Below, piece after piece: positions 1 to 9,952 of a DNA stretch of 64,000 nucleotides (within the stretch, counting starts at the first letter, position 1; each line of letters opens with the position of its first letter). This DNA comes from Alphaproteobacteria bacterium. Lineage in GTDB: Bacteria; Pseudomonadota; Alphaproteobacteria; SP197. The translations under genes and the position numbers were made by a program. The stretch covers positions 2,345,747 through 2,409,746 of the forward strand of contig OZ243917.1 in NCBI GenBank assembly GCA_965213815.1, given 5' to 3'. The notes under the pieces were generated by a model. That model was not told where the DNA came from. It was given only the letters and a program-made list of their open reading frames with translations, and ran no database searches.

Positions 1-1
1 T

Positions 2-1981
2 GCCCTCGCGGCCTATGCAGCAGGGGTGAATGCCTGGCTCGCCACACGCACCGGTCCCTCGGCACCGGAGCTGGCTCTCGTTCTGGCCAACGAGCCGGAA
101 CCCTGGCAAGCGGCCGATTCCGTCTCCTGGCTCAAGATCATGGCCCTCATGCTCTCGGGCAACTGGCGCGAAGAGGCGCTGCACGCTGCGCTGGTGCAGC
201 GACTGGGAGCGGACAAGGCAGCAAGTTTCCTTCCCCCCTCCCCTGACACCGATACAACCGTCATCGAAGCCGCGGAAGGGATTGATTTTGCGGCAGTCGC
301 AACGCTCTTCGCCCACCTTCTGCCCGATACCAACAACGGTTCCAACAACTGGGCGGTGAGTGGCGCCCATACCGTTTCGGCATCCCCACTCGCCGCCAAC
401 GACCCCCATCTCGGCCTTGCCATCCCCTCGGTCTGGTACCTTGCCCACATGACAGCTCCGGGGCTGAGCGTTGCCGGCGCCACACTGCCAGGCCTGCCAT
501 TCGTTCTCGTCGGCACCAATGGCGCCATCGCCTGGACACTCTCGAATACCGGACCCGACACCCAGGATCTCTTTGTCGAACGTCGCGACCCGGACAACCC
601 GGATCACTACCTGACGCCGGCCGGACCGGTACCCTTTGCCGTGCGTGATGAGACCATTGCCGTCCGGTTTTCCGGAAGCCGACAGATCAGAATGCTCGAG
701 ACCCGCCATGGCCCGGTCCTGACGGGAATGGTCAGTTCCCTTCAAGGTGGCCCCGACGATGACGAAGTCCTGGCACTCGCCTGGACGATGCTGCACGACG
801 ACGACCAGAGCGCCAACGCGGCGCTTCTCCTGCACACGGCCACGGATTGGCAGACCTTCAACAACGCTGCCCGCTCCTTCGCCGGTCCAATGCAGAACAT
901 CATCTATGCCGACAGGGACGGATCCATCGGAGTGCTGTCACCGGGACTCGTGCCGGTGCGCCGCTCCGGTGACGGCCGGCTTCCCGTCGACGGGAGTTCG
1001 GGAGAAGCGGACTGGGCTGGACGCATCCCCTTCGAAGAATTGCCCCGCGTCGTCGATCCACCGTCCGGCATCATCGCTGCCGCCAACAACCGCCCCGTCG
1101 GCAAGGAGTACCCCTACTTCCTCAGTCATCGATGGGAGCCTGAATGGCGGGCGCAGCGCATTGACGAGCTTCTGGGTTCAGGAGCACCTCACGATCTGGC
1201 CAGTTTCACCCGTATCCAGCGTGACACCTGGTCGGGTCTTGCCGCCGTCCTGGTTCCTCATGCCCTCGCCGGCACGCCTCAAACCACGGCCGGACGACTG
1301 TTGCAGATTCGCCTTGAAGACTGGGACTACACCATGGACGCCGACCTTGTGGCGCCCACGATCTTTCATACCTGGTATCGCGCCCTGACACGGGCCATCT
1401 ACGCTGACGAGCTGGGCGACCTCTTCGCAAAGGCATGGTGGGACCGCCCGCTCTTCGTTCTTGCCACTCTCGACGCCGACACTCACGGCTGGTGCAACGA
1501 TGTCGTGAGCGGTGAGACCCTCACCTGCGCCGAAGTCTCAGGGCGCGCCCTCGACGAGGCGGCAGACACCCTTGTCAGGATTGCCGGCAGCGATCCGTCC
1601 GACTGGATCTGGGGTGATGTTCACGCGATGCATCTCAGACACCCGCTCTTCGGTTTCGTCCCCGTTCTCGACACCCTGACCGGCGTCAGCGTTCCGTTGG
1701 GTGGTGACGGCTACAGCATCTCCGCCACAAGCCACCGTTTCTCCCCGAGGCATGAGACGTTCAACACCGTCCACGGTCCGTCACTGCGTGCCGTGATCGA
1801 TTTCGATGATCCCGTGACAGGACACTTCGTCACCATGCCCGGCCAGTCAGGAAATCCCTTTTCGCCCTACTATGACAACCTGGTGGAACGCTGGCATGAA
1901 AACCGTCCGGTGGCGATTGTTCCCGGCAGAAGAATCACCGATGCCGCCCACCACCTCACCCTCGTGCCCGCTACGCCGTAA
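2..1981 (+). CDS. Penicillin amidase / acyl-homoserine-lactone acylase family protein (Ntn hydrolase), 5'-partial
   Basis: The reading frame is open from the window edge (ALAAYAAGVNAWL...), so the start lies upstream. The autoproteolytic Ntn-hydrolase junction motif ...TNNG SNNWAVSG... is present. Length and composition fit the beta chain of PvdQ/QuiP/penicillin G acylase. Confidence 0.8.
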   Translation, partial: ALAAYAAGVNAWLATRTGPSAPELALVLANEPEPWQAADSVSWLKIMALMLSGNWREEALHAALVQRLGADKAASFLPPSPDTDTTVIEAAEGIDFAAVATLFAHLLPDTNNGSNNWAVSGAHTVSASPLAANDPHLGLAIPSVWYLAHMTAPGLSVAGATLPGLPFVLVGTNGAIAWTLSNTGPDTQDLFVERRDPDNPDHYLTPAGPVPFAVRDETIAVRFSGSRQIRMLETRHGPVLTGMVSSLQGGPDDDEVLALAWTMLHDDDQSANAALLLHTATDWQTFNNAARSFAGPMQNIIYADRDGSIGVLSPGLVPVRRSGDGRLPVDGSSGEADWAGRIPFEELPRVVDPPSGIIAAANNRPVGKEYPYFLSHRWEPEWRAQRIDELLGSGAPHDLASFTRIQRDTWSGLAAVLVPHALAGTPQTTAGRLLQIRLEDWDYTMDADLVAPTIFHTWYRALTRAIYADELGDLFAKAWWDRPLFVLATLDADTHGWCNDVVSGETLTCAEVSGRALDEAADTLVRIAGSDPSDWIWGDVHAMHLRHPLFGFVPVLDTLTGVSVPLGGDGYSISATSHRFSPRHETFNTVHGPSLRAVIDFDDPVTGHFVTMPGQSGNPFSPYYDNLVERWHENRPVAIVPGRRITDAAHHLTLVPATP

Positions 1982-1987
1982 AGGACC

Positions 1988-2794
1988 ATGCCTGTGCAGA
2001 CATCCATCGTGAAACGGGGCCAGGCCCCCCTTGTCGTCAGTTTCCCCCATGTCGGCACCCGGCTTCCCGCGTCAATTGCGGACCGAATGACCCCGATCGC
2101 CCGGCACCTGCCCGACACCGACTGGTATGTTGACAGGCTCTACGCCTGTGCCGAAGGCCTCGATGCGACTGTGGTGACCGCCACCCATTCCCGATATGTC
2201 GTTGATCTCAACCGGGCAACGGACGAACGTGTGCTCTACCCGGGGGAGGACACGTCCGAACTGGTCCCCCTTACGACCTTTGACCACGAAGAGATCTACC
2301 TTCCCGGACAGCGTCCCGACGCGCGAGCCATCGAGGAACGCATCTCTTCCTACTGGAAGCCCTGGCACGACACACTCACCGGCGAGATCGCGAGGCTGCT
2401 GGAGCGCCATCGGCAGATCGTCCTCCTCGATGGTCACTCCATCCGCTCCGAAGTGCCGCGACTCTTTGATGGCAGGCTTGCCGACTTCAATGTCGGAACA
2501 GCAGACGGCGCCGCGGCGCATCCGGACCTTCTGGGGTCGGTCATCGCTCCGTTGATCGCGCAGGACACCTTCAGCGTCGCCATCAATGGCCGTTTCAAGG
2601 GAGGCTACATCACACGTCACTACGGCAGGCCGTCACGTGGCGTCCATGCCATCCAGCTGGAACTCTCCCAGGCCATCTACATGGAGGAGACCCTTCCCCT
2701 GCGCTGGCGCGGCGACACCGCACAATCCGTCAGCGACCTCATCACCCGGTACGTGACCGCGGCCCTCGACTGGATCAACGGCGCCAGCGGATGA
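1988..2794 (+). CDS. N-formylglutamate amidohydrolase family protein
   Basis: 268 aa; the N-terminus (...LVVSFPHVGTRLP...) and overall layout resemble the FGase/HutG-like zinc amidohydrolase family. It lies 6 bp after the acylase stop on the same strand, so it is probably co-transcribed. Confidence 0.65.
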   Translation: MPVQTSIVKRGQAPLVVSFPHVGTRLPASIADRMTPIARHLPDTDWYVDRLYACAEGLDATVVTATHSRYVVDLNRATDERVLYPGEDTSELVPLTTFDHEEIYLPGQRPDARAIEERISSYWKPWHDTLTGEIARLLERHRQIVLLDGHSIRSEVPRLFDGRLADFNVGTADGAAAHPDLLGSVIAPLIAQDTFSVAINGRFKGGYITRHYGRPSRGVHAIQLELSQAIYMEETLPLRWRGDTAQSVSDLITRYVTAALDWINGASG

Positions 2795-2796
2795 CT

Positions 2797-3312
2797 TCAG
2801 GACCATTCAAGGTCCGCCACATCCGGTGTCAGCGAACGGTAGTGTCCCTGGAAGTAGAGGAGAGGGTCGGCCGGATCTCCCAGCATCATCGAAAAGGCTT
2901 CGCCGACAAAGATGACGTGGTCACCACCGTCGTAGTGAAATCGCGTGTAGCACTCGAAACGCGCCAGTGAGCCTGGAAACATCGGACATCCCGTCACGCC
3001 GGTCTCGAAGGCGACATCCTTCCACTTGTCGACCGATGCCCGGGCGAAACGGTCGGACAGCGCACGTTGACCCGTCGACAGGATGTTGACGGCGAAGAAA
3101 TCAGATGTCTCGAACTTGTTGAGACTGTGCGCCTCGCGCGACAGGCTGAACAGCACCATGGGCGGATCAAGCGACACCGCATTGAAGGAATTCGCCGTGA
3201 TTCCGAGGAGTTCGCCGTCACGTGTGGAGGACGTGATGATGGTCACACCGGTGGTGAACATGCCCAGTGCATCACGCAACTGGCGTTTGGTGAAGGTCCG
3301 CTTGCGACTCAT
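2797..3312 (-). CDS. Flavin reductase-like (NADH:flavin oxidoreductase, HpaC/RutF-like) protein
   Basis: 171 aa; GVTIITS...ITANSFNAVSLDPPMVLFSL...FAVNIL... is the conserved flavin-reductase-domain core. Confidence 0.75.
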   Translation of the reverse strand: MSRKRTFTKRQLRDALGMFTTGVTIITSSTRDGELLGITANSFNAVSLDPPMVLFSLSREAHSLNKFETSDFFAVNILSTGQRALSDRFARASVDKWKDVAFETGVTGCPMFPGSLARFECYTRFHYDGGDHVIFVGEAFSMMLGDPADPLLYFQGHYRSLTPDVADLEWS

Positions 3313-3455
3313 GCCATCACCCGTGCTCGCCTACGGGTTGTAACACCTAAGGCTTCCAGCCGCCACAAGGACCTTCAACTCTTGCCAGAGGGCCGCTGGC
3401 ACACGTCACCAGCGGAGCGCTCCCACCGCATGCCCCGATGGCGCCGGGGCAGAGG

Positions 3456-4347
3456 TCATGTCTCTTGAGGCTTGCGTTCGCTGACGAGATACATGGCCAC
3501 CGCCAGCAGGACCACTGCACCCCAGACCCATGATGAATGGCTTTCCTGCCACAGGATGATACCCCAGAAAACGCCAAACACCATGTTGAGGTAGCCAGCG
3601 AATGTCGCGAAGACGGGGCCGGCTGCCGAGATCAGATAGAGAAAGATGACGTAGGCGGTCACGTTGATGACAGCGATGCCACCCACGGCCATCGAGGCCG
3701 TATCCCACCCTGGCAGGATGTCATGGGCCGCTCCGCCAAGGAGCACCACGGGCAACAGGACCAGCGCACTCGAGAGCAGCATGCCCGCCACCAGCATCAT
3801 GGCATCTCCCTCTGGAGGTCTTCTGAGAGCAATGATCAGACTTTCAACGGCATAACAGGTTGGAATGAACAAGGAGATGAGGAGCCATGCTGTCAGGGAC
3901 CCTAGCTCGATCTCGAGGTCCGGGAGAACGATGAGAAGCACGGCGGCAAAGCCCAGGCCGATACCGGCAAGGCGCCCGAAGCTGTGCGGTTCAAATCCGA
4001 GAACGAGAGCGCCGAAATAGGTGAGGACGGGGGCAAGCGCGATCATGATGGCGATCATGCCGGCGCCAACCTCGGGGGAGGCGGCGAACACGATGGCTGT
4101 CGGGATCGTGGTCCCGGTGAAGCCGCACACGGTGTAGAACCACAGGTGATGCCAGGACAGATGAAATGTCTTGCCACGCACGAGTGTCAGGGCCAACAGA
4201 ACGAATCCGCCCGCCAGGGCCTGCAGGAACGTTGCATTGAGTACATCCGCACCCTCGCTGGTGGCCAGCCGCGCCAGGCTTGGCACGAGCCCCCAGGTGA
4301 TACCGATGTAGAGCAGACAGACTGTCAGCCACAACCGTCGACCCATG
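3456..4347 (-). CDS. EamA/DMT-family transporter
   Basis: The C-terminal ~297 aa of ORF 3456..5243 (from MGRRLWLTV..., ATG at 4347) form a 10-TM hydrophobic duplicated EamA-like protein. The upstream 300 aa of that ORF are Arg/Pro-rich low-complexity read-through and are not included. Confidence 0.7.
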
Positions 4348-4866
4348 GTGATTCGCTCTTCACTGTCGTTCCGTCGCCCGGAAGACAGCCGAGCTCTCGT
4401 CCCGTGGGTGGCGCAGATCACTCTACCCCGGTTTGCCGGACCGGAACACTCTGCCGAAGAGGCGCCAAGGCGCCTGGATATCGCAGGGTGGCGAGAGCTG
4501 TGAACTTCTTGGCGAGCACAAGGCGAATCCGTTCTGATTCTTGTGGATTGATTGGCTCTCCTTGCACCTGTTCGGGCACGCTGGATTACATGACTTCGAG
4601 AGATGCGGGGACTGGGAGCGCTGGGATGATCCTGTGCCTCGGACGCGGGATCATGGCAAGGTTCGGACATGCGGGAGCGCCCCCCTTTGGCGGGGGAGTG
4701 TGATCGCTTGAGCGAACCTGGCGGGTATCGGTCAACAGTAGCCTCAACGCCTCGCAAGACAACCGAATACAGGCGGCAAGCCTGCACCGGTCTGTGTTGG
4801 CGGTGTCTGGAGCATTCACCCACATTCACAATTGAACCCGCAGGCCGGGCGTGACAACAATTTCTC

Positions 4867-6396
4867 ATGAGCACGACTGGCAACCAGAGGGTGAGGCGGT
4901 CGAGACCCCGACGGTCGGCCGGTCTCCCTGCAGCTGCTCCCCGCAGGGAACGGGGCGGCCGGCTTGCGCCGCTCGATGACACGTCCCGGGACATGATCGT
5001 CGACAACGCCCTTTCGATTCTCGAACGGATCGGCATGGCATCGGCCCCGGACTGGTTCATGTCGTTGGCCATCGATGATGGCGCCAGACGGCACGGGGAG
5101 GGGCGCCTTCTCTTCCCGCGGCCACGGATTGAGAAGGCGCTGGCACGGGCGGCAAAATGCGTGGCCATACCGGGCCTTGTCGAGGAGCGGGGTATCGATG
5201 TCGGCTCTGGTCTGGTCCACACCGGCACCGGTGGTGCCGCCATCGACGTGCTTGACGCCGCGACGGAACACTATCGCGCCTCCACGCTTGACGATCTCCT
5301 CGCCATCATGCGGGTGGTCGACGCGTGCCCCAACGTGCATTACGGAATCCGCCCCCTTGTGGCGCGGGACATGACCGACGCGTTCGAACTCGACGTCAAT
5401 ACGGCCTACGCCTGCCTCGCCGGAACGGGCAAGCCCATCGGAACGTCGTTCATCCATGCCGAACACGTCGCCCCGGTGGTGTCCATGTTCGACTGCGCCC
5501 TTGGGGTCGAAGGCGGCTTTCAACGGCAACCCTTCTGCATGGCGGTCGTGGTGCATGCGGTTTCTCCCCTTCGCTACGCGGCCGATGGTGTCGACATCAT
5601 GCGGGCCGCCATTGCCGAGGGCATGCCGGTTCAGACATGTTCGGCGGGTCAGGCGGGCGCCACCAGTCCCGTCACCCTCGCCGGCGCCCTCGCCCAGGGC
5701 CTCGCCGAGACTCTCGCCGGGCTCATGGTGGTGGACATCCTCAAGCCCGGTCACCCCGCCATTCATGCCTTCATGCCCTTCATCTCCGATCTCAGGACCG
5801 GCGCCATGAGTGGCGGAGGCGGCGAATCGGCCATTGCGAATGCCGCAGCGGCACAACTCCTGCGCCATCTCCAGCTGCCTTCCACCGTTGCCGCCGGCAT
5901 GACCGACTCCAAGGAGTCGGATGTCCAGGCAGGGTACGAGAAGGCCTACACCATTGCCCTGGCGGCACACGCGGGAGCGGACATGATCAACCTTTCTGCA
6001 GGCATGCTGGGTTCCATCACGGTGGCATCACCGGAGGCCCTTGTCATCGACGACGAGATGCTGGGCGCCATCCTGCGTTCAGTGCGCGGCATCGACGTCA
6101 CACCCGACGCCATCGATCTTGAGGCCATGGAGCGCGTAGTCTGCGGCGATGGCCACTACCTTGGCGAACCGCAGACCCTGGCGCTCATGAAGAGCGAATA
6201 TATCTACCCGCGCCTGGGCGACAGGCGCGGTGTTCACGAGTGGGTCGAATCCGGTTCCGAGTCACTCTGGGAACGGGCAAGGTCCAGGGTCACCCGAATC
6301 GCCGACGCCCCACCGCCGACTCACCTTCCGGAGGCGGCGGATCAGGCCATCCGCTCACGCTTCCCCATCAGACTTCCAGGAATTGGAGACGAGTGA
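4867..6396 (+). CDS. MttB-superfamily (trimethylamine methyltransferase-like, non-pyrrolysine) methyltransferase
   Basis: 509 aa with an uninterrupted frame and no in-frame amber codon. The Arg-rich N-terminus (RVRRSRPRRS...RRERGGR) is typical of proteobacterial MttB homologues. The central ...HAVSPLRY... and TIM-barrel-like layout fit this family, whose characterised members are quaternary-amine:corrinoid/THF methyltransferases. Confidence 0.75.
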   Translation: MSTTGNQRVRRSRPRRSAGLPAAAPRRERGGRLAPLDDTSRDMIVDNALSILERIGMASAPDWFMSLAIDDGARRHGEGRLLFPRPRIEKALARAAKCVAIPGLVEERGIDVGSGLVHTGTGGAAIDVLDAATEHYRASTLDDLLAIMRVVDACPNVHYGIRPLVARDMTDAFELDVNTAYACLAGTGKPIGTSFIHAEHVAPVVSMFDCALGVEGGFQRQPFCMAVVVHAVSPLRYAADGVDIMRAAIAEGMPVQTCSAGQAGATSPVTLAGALAQGLAETLAGLMVVDILKPGHPAIHAFMPFISDLRTGAMSGGGGESAIANAAAAQLLRHLQLPSTVAAGMTDSKESDVQAGYEKAYTIALAAHAGADMINLSAGMLGSITVASPEALVIDDEMLGAILRSVRGIDVTPDAIDLEAMERVVCGDGHYLGEPQTLALMKSEYIYPRLGDRRGVHEWVESGSESLWERARSRVTRIADAPPPTHLPEAADQAIRSRFPIRLPGIGDE

Positions 6397-6834
6397 ATGC
6401 ATGTTTGCCGCAGTCTCATCATCAAGGCCCCTATCGAGACAACATGGGCCGCCGTCAGGGAATTCGACAGTGTGGGCAGGTGGAATCCGGCCGTCTTGGC
6501 CGCCCGCATGGAGACCGGAACGTCGACCGCAGTCGGGTCGGTGCGGCATCTCGACATCGCCGACGGCACCATCTTTCGCGAGACGCTCCTGGCGCACTCC
6601 GATGTCGAGCATTCCTACACCTACGACATTGTCGAGGGCCCCCTGCCCTGTACCAACTATCTTTCCACGCACCGCTTCGTGGCGATCACCGAAGGCGACT
6701 GGACACTCGGCATCTGGGAAGGAACCTTCGAGTGTGCCAGGGAGGATGAAACGAAACTGGACTCGATTGTCGGCGATCTCATCTACCGCGATGGCATGAA
6801 GGGCCTTGCCGCCTGGCTGAGGGACAACAGCTGA
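6397..6834 (+). CDS. SRPBCC (Bet v1-like / polyketide-cyclase fold) family protein
   Basis: 145 aa; ...IKAPIETTWAAVREFDSVGRWNP... is the typical SRPBCC N-terminus. Its start directly abuts the MttB-family stop. Confidence 0.6.
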   Translation: MHVCRSLIIKAPIETTWAAVREFDSVGRWNPAVLAARMETGTSTAVGSVRHLDIADGTIFRETLLAHSDVEHSYTYDIVEGPLPCTNYLSTHRFVAITEGDWTLGIWEGTFECAREDETKLDSIVGDLIYRDGMKGLAAWLRDNS

Positions 6835-7539
6835 ATGACCGACACACTGGGTTACCGTTCCATCATCGGGGTCATGACACCGGCGATGAACACCGTCGTG
6901 CAGCCGGAACTCGAATCCCTGCGCCCCCCTGGCGTGACAAACCAGATGCAACGATTCCGTCTGGGCGGCGAGAGGATTTCGGACGACCTCGACGACGAGG
7001 CCATCAGGCTCATGGACTGCCATCCGGCAGCCCTGGCGATCGGTCTGACGACGGATGCGGGGCCAGGTGGCGTGAAGAAACTTCAGGAGCGCTGTCGCGG
7101 TCTGGCATTGTCACTGGGTATTCCGGTCTTCAATGCCTCGACTGCCTGCCACGAGGCCCTGCGGCGCCTCGATGCCAGGAAGATCTCCATCGTCACACCC
7201 TTTGGTGACGATACCAATCGGGTTGTTGCCGGCAATGCGGCGGATGCCGGGTTCACCGTGGCGGCGGTCGCCGGCACGGACGCTCCGTCGCTGCCGGAAA
7301 TCTGCGAGACTTCGACAGAGGACATCGAGGCGGCCTTTCGCGAGGTCGCCGCCAGTGACTGTGATGCCATTCTCCAGGTGGGAACAGCACTACCGGTCTG
7401 CGACCTCCTGGCCTCCCTCGAGACCCTCACCGGCAAGCCGGTGGTCGCCTGCAATGCGGCGCTCTACTGGCAGACCCTGCGGCACCTCGGGATCACGGAC
7501 CCGATCGCGGGTTTTGGCCGGCTGCTGGCCGAACACTAG
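6835..7539 (+). CDS. Asp/Glu/hydantoin-racemase superfamily protein (maleate isomerase / arylmalonate decarboxylase-like)
   Basis: 234 aa; paired Cys-containing half-sites (...NASTACHEAL... and ...GTALPVCDLL...) and a length typical of this superfamily. Its start abuts the SRPBCC stop. Confidence 0.55.
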   Translation: MTDTLGYRSIIGVMTPAMNTVVQPELESLRPPGVTNQMQRFRLGGERISDDLDDEAIRLMDCHPAALAIGLTTDAGPGGVKKLQERCRGLALSLGIPVFNASTACHEALRRLDARKISIVTPFGDDTNRVVAGNAADAGFTVAAVAGTDAPSLPEICETSTEDIEAAFREVAASDCDAILQVGTALPVCDLLASLETLTGKPVVACNAALYWQTLRHLGITDPIAGFGRLLAEH

Positions 7540-7543
7540 AACG

Positions 7544-9949
7544 ATGCAGAAATCGGCCAGGGTCGTTGTCATCGGCGGCGGCGCCGTCGGTGTTTCCTGC
7601 CTGTGGCACCTGGCCCGCGCCGGTATCACGGAATGTCTGCTGATCGAGAGGGATGAACTCGCATCGGGATCCACCTGGCATGCCGCAGGGAACATTCCGA
7701 CCTATGCGACAAGCTGGCTCGGCATGCGTGCCGGCGCCTATGCACGGCGTCTCTACAGCGCGCTTGGCGAGGACGTCACCTATCACCATACCGGCGCCTT
7801 CTGGCCGGCGCACGGCGACGACCGCATGGATCACTTTCGCCACCTGACCGGTCTGGCGGTCTCCGCCGGCGTCGACTTGACGATGATCACACCTGGCGAG
7901 ATGGAGGCTCTGCACCCGCACTACACGGCCGGACCTGATGTCGTCGGCGGCATCCTCGATCCGAGTGAGGGAGACATCGATCCCTCCCAGCTCACCCAGG
8001 CGCTTGCCGGGCAAGCCCGCAAGGCCGGCGCACAAATCGCGCGCTTCACCTCCGTCACGGGCCTTGCGCCGACACCCAGCGGTGAATGGCGGGTGACGAC
8101 TGACAAGGGAGATGTGATCACGCAGGCAGTCGTCAATGCCGCCGGCTTCCATGGCGCCGCCGTGGCGCACCTTGCCGGACAGTCCATTCCCGTGGCGACC
8201 CTCAGGCACCAATACCTGGTCACGGAACCTCTCTGCGCCGTCGAGGACACCGATGATCCCTTCCCCCTGGTGCGGGATCCCGATCTCGGCTTCTACCTGA
8301 GGCGCGAAGGATCAGGAATGCTGCTGGGATCCTACGATCATCCCGGCCGGCCGGCCTTCACCGAGGGACCGCCACAGGACTTTGCCCACCAGCTCTTCGA
8401 CGAATCACCCGACGACATCGCGGAAGCCTTCGAGAAGGCGCTCGCTCATTTTCCGCTGCTTCGGGAGGCCGGAATCCGGCGTTTCGTCAACGGCCCCATC
8501 GCCTACTCTCCCGATGCCCTGCCGCTGTGCGGTCCGGCTCATGGACTGAGGAACTTCTACCATGCCTGCGGCATCCAGATCGGCATCACCCACTCCGCCG
8601 CCGCCGGCAAGGCCATTGCCGAATGGATCAGCGAAGGCGAGACCGAGTGGGACATGGCGGCCTGGGACCCCCGCCGCTACGGCGACTGGGCCACGCCAAA
8701 GATGGCAGTCGAACGCGCGGTCGAGGTCTACGGCCTGCAGTACGCCATTCCCTATCCCCGCCGCCTTCTCTCATCATCTCGACCCATGCGGACAACACCG
8801 CTCTATTGCCCCCTGGCCTCCAGGGAAGCGGTCTTCGGCGAGATCGGTGGCTGGGAACGCGCCTTCTGGTTCGATACCAACGGCACAAGGGATGAGGCGC
8901 TTTTGAGTTTTCGCGACCGGGAACCGTGGCGCGATCCGGTGCGGCGCGAATGCGAGGGAGTCCGCGACCGTGTCGGCATCATGGATCATGGCGGCTTCAC
9001 CAAGTTCGAGGTGGAGGGACCGGATGCGACGCGGTATCTCGAACGGGTGTTCTGCGGCCGGATTCCGGGGGTCCTGCGCACACGCCTTGCCTACATGCTC
9101 ACACCATCGGGCCGAATCTGGAGCGAGGCCACCGTCACGCGCCTGGAGGAGAATCGCTACCTCCTGTGTGGTCCGACCCTGGCCGAACGCCGTGATCACG
9201 ACTGGTTGCGGGAAGCCCTGCCGGCAGGGTGGCGTGTCGATCTCAGACGCGGTTCCGAGAGAGACGCCACCCTCATGCTGGCGGGGCCCCTGTCGCGCGA
9301 TCTTCTGACAACCGTGACCGATGCCGATCTCGGGAATGACGCCATGCCCTGGCTCAGCGCGGCCTGCGTCACTGTCGCAGGGTGTGCTGCAACGGCGCTG
9401 CGTGTCTCCTATGCCGGTGAACTGGGCTGGGAACTTCATCTCGCTTCCAGCGACCTCCCGACGGTCCATGACGCCCTGCGCGATTCAGGTCAGAACTTTG
9501 GCCTCACCGATTTCGGCTCTTGGGCCCTTGATTCGCTGCGTCTCGAAAAGGGTTATCATGCCTGGGGCCTCGACATCGGTACCGAGTACACCCCCTTCGA
9601 TGCCGGACTGGACCGCTTCATTGCTTTCGACAGGAAGGACTTCATCGGCAGTGGCGCCGTGATGCGCCAGCGCCAGACCGCCTCTGAATGGCGATTCGCC
9701 GGATTTGTCATAGCCGACAGCGAAGCGGATGCCCTTGCCGGTGATCCGATCCTTCTCGATTCGGTCCCGGTCGGCTATGTGACGTCGGCCGGCACCGGTT
9801 TTCGCATGATGAAGCGTCTGGCGCTGGGCTACGTCAGGGCCGACGCGCCATCGGACGCCTGGTCCATCAGGATCCTCGGAAGGGATTGCCCCGCGACGCC
9901 GGCGCCCCTGCCCTTCTACGATCCCTGCAACACCCGCCTGAAGGCCTGA
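7544..9949 (+). CDS. Dimethylglycine/sarcosine dehydrogenase-family FAD oxidoreductase fused to an aminomethyltransferase (GcvT-like) domain
   Basis: N-terminal Rossmann motif VVVIGGGAVGVSCLWHLARAG (DAO family). The C-terminal ~400 aa carry GcvT-like folate-binding domains (...GWELH..., ...RLEKGY...). The true start is taken as ATG 7544 (MQKSARVVVIGGG), not the 7133 ORF start that overlaps the previous gene. Confidence 0.8.
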   Translation: MQKSARVVVIGGGAVGVSCLWHLARAGITECLLIERDELASGSTWHAAGNIPTYATSWLGMRAGAYARRLYSALGEDVTYHHTGAFWPAHGDDRMDHFRHLTGLAVSAGVDLTMITPGEMEALHPHYTAGPDVVGGILDPSEGDIDPSQLTQALAGQARKAGAQIARFTSVTGLAPTPSGEWRVTTDKGDVITQAVVNAAGFHGAAVAHLAGQSIPVATLRHQYLVTEPLCAVEDTDDPFPLVRDPDLGFYLRREGSGMLLGSYDHPGRPAFTEGPPQDFAHQLFDESPDDIAEAFEKALAHFPLLREAGIRRFVNGPIAYSPDALPLCGPAHGLRNFYHACGIQIGITHSAAAGKAIAEWISEGETEWDMAAWDPRRYGDWATPKMAVERAVEVYGLQYAIPYPRRLLSSSRPMRTTPLYCPLASREAVFGEIGGWERAFWFDTNGTRDEALLSFRDREPWRDPVRRECEGVRDRVGIMDHGGFTKFEVEGPDATRYLERVFCGRIPGVLRTRLAYMLTPSGRIWSEATVTRLEENRYLLCGPTLAERRDHDWLREALPAGWRVDLRRGSERDATLMLAGPLSRDLLTTVTDADLGNDAMPWLSAACVTVAGCAATALRVSYAGELGWELHLASSDLPTVHDALRDSGQNFGLTDFGSWALDSLRLEKGYHAWGLDIGTEYTPFDAGLDRFIAFDRKDFIGSGAVMRQRQTASEWRFAGFVIADSEADALAGDPILLDSVPVGYVTSAGTGFRMMKRLALGYVRADAPSDAWSIRILGRDCPATPAPLPFYDPCNTRLKA

Positions 9950-9952
9950 ACG

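Noticed and set aside
3456-5243. 595-aa minus-strand ORF read as one gene
   Set aside because: Only the C-terminal ~297 aa (from ATG 4347) are a coherent DMT/EamA transporter. The upstream ~300 codons are Arg/Pro/Ser-rich read-through of the divergent intergenic region and overlap the MttB-family gene start.
7133-7543. N-terminal 137 codons of ORF 7133..9949 (would make a 938-aa DMGDH)
   Set aside because: This stretch overlaps the racemase-family gene in another frame and is Arg/Pro/Ser-rich. The Rossmann motif begins right after ATG 7544, giving a normal ~801-aa DMGDH-family protein.
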